Below, piece by piece: positions 59,801-64,000 of a DNA stretch of 64,000 nucleotides. A program made the position numbers and the translations under genes. The notes under the pieces were generated by a model. That model worked only from the letters and a program-made list of their open reading frames with translations, ran no database searches and was not told the origin of the DNA. The DNA lies in contig NIVC01000093.1 in assembly GCA_002269645.1 (NCBI GenBank), forward strand, positions 248,001 to 312,000. Reading direction: 5' to 3'. Positions within the stretch are counted from its first letter, which is position 1. Every line of letters starts with the position of its first letter. This DNA comes from Macrostomum lignano. Lineage: Eukaryota.

Positions 59801-62800
59801 AAAAGTTATGCACCTGCAGAGGCATAAAAGGTGAGCGAGGTGCACAAAAGAGGCACTTTAGTGGCCTATTTCGTGCATGTTTTGGAAATGCACCTGAGTG
59901 CACCTTTTATGCCTAAATGTCACCAATATTTTTTGAAAAGAGGCATGAAAGGTGTAAAATCGGTGAAGTGGTCAGGCAGTAGGTGAATTCTCAATTTTGA
60001 TTGGTTGCGGCGGTAGGGGCAGTAAAGGTGCGTAAGGGGCACTGGAGGTGCGCAAAAGGTGAACAGCAGGCTCACAAGTGAGGCACAGCAGGTGTAGGAA
60101 AGGTGCTGAAGGGGCGCAGAAAGTGCACGAAAGGTGAATCAGAGGTGTATAAGGTGTACATGTGCGGCGTAAATATGTATACAGGTGCATTTCCAAAACA
60201 CGCTCGAAATATACCCCTAAAGCGCCTCTTCTGTGCACCTCGCTCACGTTTTATGCCTATGCACGAATTAACGCATTAAGAATTCGTAACAAAAAATTAA
60301 CTGAGAGTTACATACTCGTACATTGCACGCACAGATCGAACATAGAAAAGCTTTATTTACACCTTTACTAATCGCTGCTATCCCCTTCCTGATCCTGACA
60401 AACCACGAAACTAAACATTTCCTATACTGATAAGTTTTAATAAATTTCAACTCAGGAAAAGTTCTGAAAGTGATGAAAAGGTTTGCATTAGTGAGGAAAA
60501 ATTTCGAATAGTGAGAAAAGGTAGCAAAGAACTTCGCCATTTACAACTTTAACGCCCCTTGCATTGCCTCTACGCCTAAAGTGCCCACTGTGCACCTTTT
60601 ATTCACCTTTCGTGCCTCCAGTGCACACTGTACACTTTTTATGCACCTCTACCGCAGCGCACTTTTTTTCACCTTTCACTCCACCAATGCCCCCAATTCC
60701 TACTTTGTTCACCTTTTGTGCCTCAACGCACACTGTGCACCTTTAATGCACCTAAATCCCCTACGACACCTGTGCCCCTACCGCCTATTTCGTGCCTTAA
60801 ATTCACCTTCTGACCCTGCAGAGGCACTCAGGTGAACAAAAGGTGCACAAGTGGCACAAAATAGGCATAAGAGAGGCGAAAGTCAGGCAGAAGGTGCAAA
60901 ACTCTTCACCTTTCATGCCTACTTTAAAAACTCAAAATCCAACGGGAGATGCTAAAGTTGTTGAGCACCTGTTTGACAATAATTAGTCAAATTTGACATT
61001 CGATATTAAATAGGTTAACACCTTTATGCTCAGAAGGAAGGCAGCATCACGGGACGGGTCTTCATACAGTTTTAGATTAGAACTGTCAGAAGAGGGAGCC
61101 CGTGTCTTGTCATCACTGCTTAAGGTGTTATAAAAGCGTTTCTTTTGAATTCGCAGTTTATCAATCTGTCAGTTTGCTGGGTAATGCTACACAGTCACAT
61201 ATTTAGACACCTGCACAGCGACCATTGCAAACGTAAGTAACATCTATTGTAGGCTGATGCAAATTTATTGCCTAACTGAATTTGCCATAAATTAGTTAAA
61301 AGACAGAGTTCAGCTTCACCAATACAGCCAAATAAAGTTTCTTTTAGGTTTTCAATCTTGCGCTTATATTAGATCGGACCAGATATGCTTGACAAAGAAT
61401 AACAAACACCCATATTTGCTCAGAAGGAAGGCAGCATCACGGGACAGGTCTTCATGCTGTTTTTGTTAAAACTGTCCGAAGAGGGAGCCCGTGTCTTGTC
61501 ATCACCGCAAATAATGGTGCTTAAAAGATTTATGAAGTGTCAGTTTGGTGGGTAATGCTGCACAGTCACCTATTCATCTAGACATTGCACAGCGACCATT
61601 GCAAACATAAAGCTACATTTATTGTAGGCTGATGCAAATTTATTGCCTAACTGAACCTGTCAATATTAAAAGTAAATACAGAGTTCAGCTTCACCAATAC
61701 AGCCAAATAAATAGAACAATATTTGATTTTAGTTATTGGCATTAAAGCGGTTAAAATACAATTGCAGCAATACCTTTCTTGCTCAGAAGCAAGGCAGCAT
61801 CACGGGACGGGTCTTCATGCAGTTTTTGTTAAAACTGTCAGAAGAGGGAGCCCGTGTCTTGTCACCACCGCAAATAAAGGTGCTTAAAGATCTAGATAGA
61901 TAAAATGTCTGTTTGCTGGGTAATGCTGCACAGTTACTCAATATTCAGATATTGCACAGCGACCATTGCAAACACAAGTGATTAATGTAAGGCTGGTGCA
62001 GAATTATTGCATAACTAAACCTGTCATAATTAAATATAAGACAGAGTTCAGCTTCACCAATACAGCCAAACTTATATTCTGAGTGCAAATCCACTTTGCA
62101 GAGACTATCATGTTTACAGAATCTTAAACATAAGAAAGCAGGGTGGTAACCTTTGTGGTCAGAGCGTCGGGCTCGCGACTGAAAGGTCGGGGGTTCGATT
62201 TTCGACCTATTTGGAAGAACAAGCAGTTCACCCAGCTGTAAAATTGGCGCCAGTATTAGCTGGGGTAATTGAGGGTGTGTAGCGACCCCCCCCCCCAGCC
62301 CCAGTCCTTGGACTGAACAGCCGTACGCAGCCTTCAGATGCGCCGCGCAATAGCTTCGGCTGAGCTGTCAGTTGCACACCTGGCCATTATGGCAGGTGCA
62401 ATACATTATTATAAGAAAATGAGAATAAGCATTATTCCTTACCTTCATATCAATGAGCGCGCAGTCCAACGAATGCCAAGCTCGCTCGAGAATTTCAAAC
62501 ACAGCCGCTGTGGTGCCCTCCAAAATGTCCACATCGTTGCCAGTAATCTTGCGACTGCCGCAATTCAGGCCCATAGCAACTATTTGCTCTTTGGACACCT
62601 GCGGATCGTCGTTAGCGTCGTCTTTAAAGAAGGTCTCGGATTTAACTGGCACAAACCGGTGGCCCTCGGGCACGCCGGGGTGGCGCTTCAGAAACGAGCC
62701 GGTGGCGACGCGGCGGCACACGAACTCGATTGGGATCATGTGACAGCGGCGGGACAGCAGGCAAATGTCGTCAAGGATTCGTTCGAATGCGCACCTGAAT

Positions 62801-63368
62801 TAGATAAAGATTCAAGATAGATAAAGAAAGAGGTCCAGTGCAACCAACCCCCAAGACACAGTGAAGTGTACATGCCTAACGATAATTAAAGTTAAGGCCA
62901 CTGTAAACTCCCGCGTGAGTGTGTGCCTGCTCAGGGGAGTCGATGGATGCCTCTCGCCGGTTGTGCGACAATGTCGCTTAGAGTGCGTGCCTGGGCGCAC
63001 ACAACCTCTGCATCTCATAGAAAGATTTACACATCCATAATGAAACTTTTTTATGGGCTTACACTGCACTCACGACCAAGACCAAATTTGAGTCACTAGA
63101 TCAATGTGAAAACTTACTTAGCTTAAATTTAATCATTATGATAATTAAAAAAAGCTTACCTAATACCTGCTCGTTTTAGGTACTCAAACACCAGAGCTGT
63201 AGTTTTGTTGCTAACAGCAGCTTTGCCAGCCAATTCGTTCACTTTAGCAGCATTGTTAGCCGTGATTCGCTCCTTGGCATGCATCACGCATAGGCCTGGC
63301 TGACCTTTCACAGAATAGATTATCTTAGTCTTGCCCTCCGATAGCTTCTCATCTTTGTTGATTTCCAT
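56814..63368 (-). CDS. PAICS: Bifunctional SAICAR synthetase / AIR carboxylase; exons 63160-63368, 62443-62794, 57783-58091, 56814-57227; about 427 aa
   Basis: Motifs LSEGKTK, MIPIEFVCRRVATGSFLKR, ETFFKDDANDDP, IDMKVEYG, LADVIDSDSWRLWP, SAHK and AVAGRSNGLGPVLSGN. Phase-consistent GT-AG introns and expected length. Confidence 0.97.
57270..57755. repeat. 31-33-bp minisatellite, PAICS intron 3
   Basis: Unit gacatcagcacctgaaggaaccccaagacaatg and variants. Confidence 0.93.
58292..58390 (-). ncRNA. Box C/D snoRNA copy 1 (18S double guide)
   Basis: GTGATGA (C), GGCTCCCTCTT-CTGA (D'), stem, ATGAAGA (C'), TGCTGCCTTCCTT-CTGA (D); flanking stem. Confidence 0.88.
58477..58572 (-). ncRNA. Box C/D snoRNA copy 2
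   Basis: ATGATGA C box, both guides intact, GTGGC/GCCGC terminal stem. Confidence 0.85.
58639..58731 (-). ncRNA. Box C/D snoRNA copy 3
   Basis: All boxes and both guides intact. Confidence 0.88.
58764..58929 (-). ncRNA. H/ACA-like snoRNA copy A
   Basis: Hairpin GGCTG..CAGCC, hinge ACAATG (imperfect H box), hairpin GTTTGC..GCAAAC, ACA three nt from the end. Confidence 0.65.
59059..59150 (-). ncRNA. Box C/D snoRNA copy 4
   Basis: All boxes and both guides intact. Confidence 0.88.
59331..59424 (-). ncRNA. Box C/D snoRNA copy 5 (D' box variant CGGA)
   Basis: C and D boxes and both guides intact; D' reads CGGA. Confidence 0.83.
59449..59620 (-). ncRNA. H/ACA-like snoRNA copy B
   Basis: Hairpin, ACAATA (ANANNA H box), hairpin, ACA-CTT. 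Confidence 0.72.
59695..59786 (-). ncRNA. Box C/D snoRNA copy 6 (D' guide partly mutated)
   Basis: Boxes intact; the D' guide reads GTCTCCCTCTT rather than GGCTCCCTCTT. Confidence 0.78.
59793..60946. mobile_element. Non-autonomous CACTA/CMC-like DNA transposon (1154 bp) with 3-bp TSD AGA
   Basis: AGA|CCCGTTGGA ... TCCAACGGG|AGA. Many AGGTGCA/TGCACCT and AGGCAT(A/G)AAAGGTG subterminal motifs in both orientations. The superfamily call is inferred from termini and TSD. Confidence 0.72.
61027..61120 (-). ncRNA. Box C/D snoRNA copy 7
   Basis: All boxes and both guides intact. Confidence 0.87.
61164..61331 (-). ncRNA. H/ACA-like snoRNA copy C
   Basis: Hairpin, ACAATA, hairpin, ACA. Confidence 0.7.
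61417..61510 (-). ncRNA. Box C/D snoRNA copy 8 (D' CGGA; near-identical to copy 5)
   Basis: As copy 5. Confidence 0.82.
61535..61706 (-). ncRNA. H/ACA-like snoRNA copy D (apparently identical to copy B)
   Basis: As copy B. Confidence 0.72.
61780..61872 (-). ncRNA. Box C/D snoRNA copy 9, probably degenerate
   Basis: C box mutated to GTGGTGA and D guide to GCTGCCTTGCTT. Confidence 0.65.
61903..62069 (-). ncRNA. H/ACA-like snoRNA copy E
   Basis: Hairpin, ACATTA H box, hairpin GTTTGC..GCAAAC, ACA-TTT. Confidence 0.7.
62140..62345 (+). mobile_element. tRNA-derived SINE (family B) in PAICS intron 2
   Basis: A-box-like TAACCTTTGTGG and B box GGTTCGATT, followed by TTCACCCAGCTGTAAAATTGG, which resembles the conserved central (CORE-like) SINE segment. 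Confidence 0.55.
62870..63015 (+). mobile_element. 5'-truncated copy of SINE family A in PAICS intron 1
   Basis: gcctaacgataa..aaagtta..gcc.ctgt..actcc...gtgagtgtgtgcctg...ctcag.ggagtcg...gccggttgtg.gacaatgtcgctt matches 1644-1800. Confidence 0.7.
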
Positions 63369-64000
63369 TATTTGCTGCTTTATGATTGTAAAACTGAACT
63401 TTCAAATATTAATAATGAGCTTATAAAGCATGAATAGATTAATAAGGTATGCCATTACTGTTGACACAGATAATTATGTAAAAGTTAGCTAATTATTCTA
63501 TTAATTAATTTGTGATTACAAATAGTTTTGCTAATTTGATTACTCCAAGTATACTCAACATATGAAACAAGTGCCTAGAAAAAACAATTGGCAATTACCA
63601 ATCTTGTGATATCAATTTGGTATCTAATATTTAATTAAGCATTAACATCTCAACAATGTCAACATCCTACTACACAGTAAATATGAATTATCATAACAAA
63701 AAACTAAAATTAGACTTAATATATGTCCTGCTTAGCTTTGACTGAAAACTCAATTGGAATAAGTTTCACAAAACCTATGCATGCACAACAATAGATACAA
63801 AAAGTAGCCTAAATGTGCAACACAAGACAAAAAAAAGAAAAAATGCAACATGACACAAAAAATAACAATTTGAAAAACAACAAAACATGGCAGAAAATGC
63901 CAGATAACAACTAATACAAAAACCTAGAAAATAAAGTGAACATTCTGAAACTCTATACTCAAATTCTCAACCAACATCTATATAATTCTTGAAGTGTAAT

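Noticed and set aside
59972-60835. Several 60-90 aa ORFs inside the CACTA-like element
   Set aside because: Built from subterminal repeat motifs; no transposase signature seen.
58292-62069. Repeat-spacer array resembling CRISPR
   Set aside because: Eukaryotic intron, no cas genes, units of about 90 and 170 bp with snoRNA boxes and rRNA complementarity.

Overview
Eukaryotic (metazoan) genomic window with AT-rich spacers, GC-richer exons, GT-AG introns, many (GACA)n tracts and intronic minisatellites. The overall style suggests a free-living flatworm such as Macrostomum, but that is an inference only. Genes built by hand from splice sites and reading phase: two fibronectin type III exons of a gene entering from the left; two tandem paralogues encoding signal peptide + two class C GPCR-like Venus flytrap modules + one TM helix + Tyr-rich tail, with no 7TM; a 12-exon amphiphysin/BIN-like BAR protein; tRNA-Val(AAC); a MARCH-type RING-CH ligase; CYFIP (about 1302 aa); a secreted C-type lectin/PAN gene with a frameshift; a Hook-like CH/coiled-coil protein with a Cys-rich 16-aa repeat; and PAICS (about 427 aa). 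Most striking: PAICS intron 2 holds a tandemly amplified mixed snoRNA cluster of 9 box C/D and 5 H/ACA-like copies. The C/D RNA carries two 18S rRNA guides (positions equivalent to human Gm436 and Am468), and most copies sit in an external flanking stem whose sequence differs between copies. Mobile elements: an internally deleted Tc1/mariner, a related long foldback element, a hAT-type MITE with 8-bp TSD, a CACTA-like element inside the snoRNA cluster, and tRNA-derived SINEs. All alignments, translations and foldings were done by eye. Tandem-repeat boundaries are approximate.
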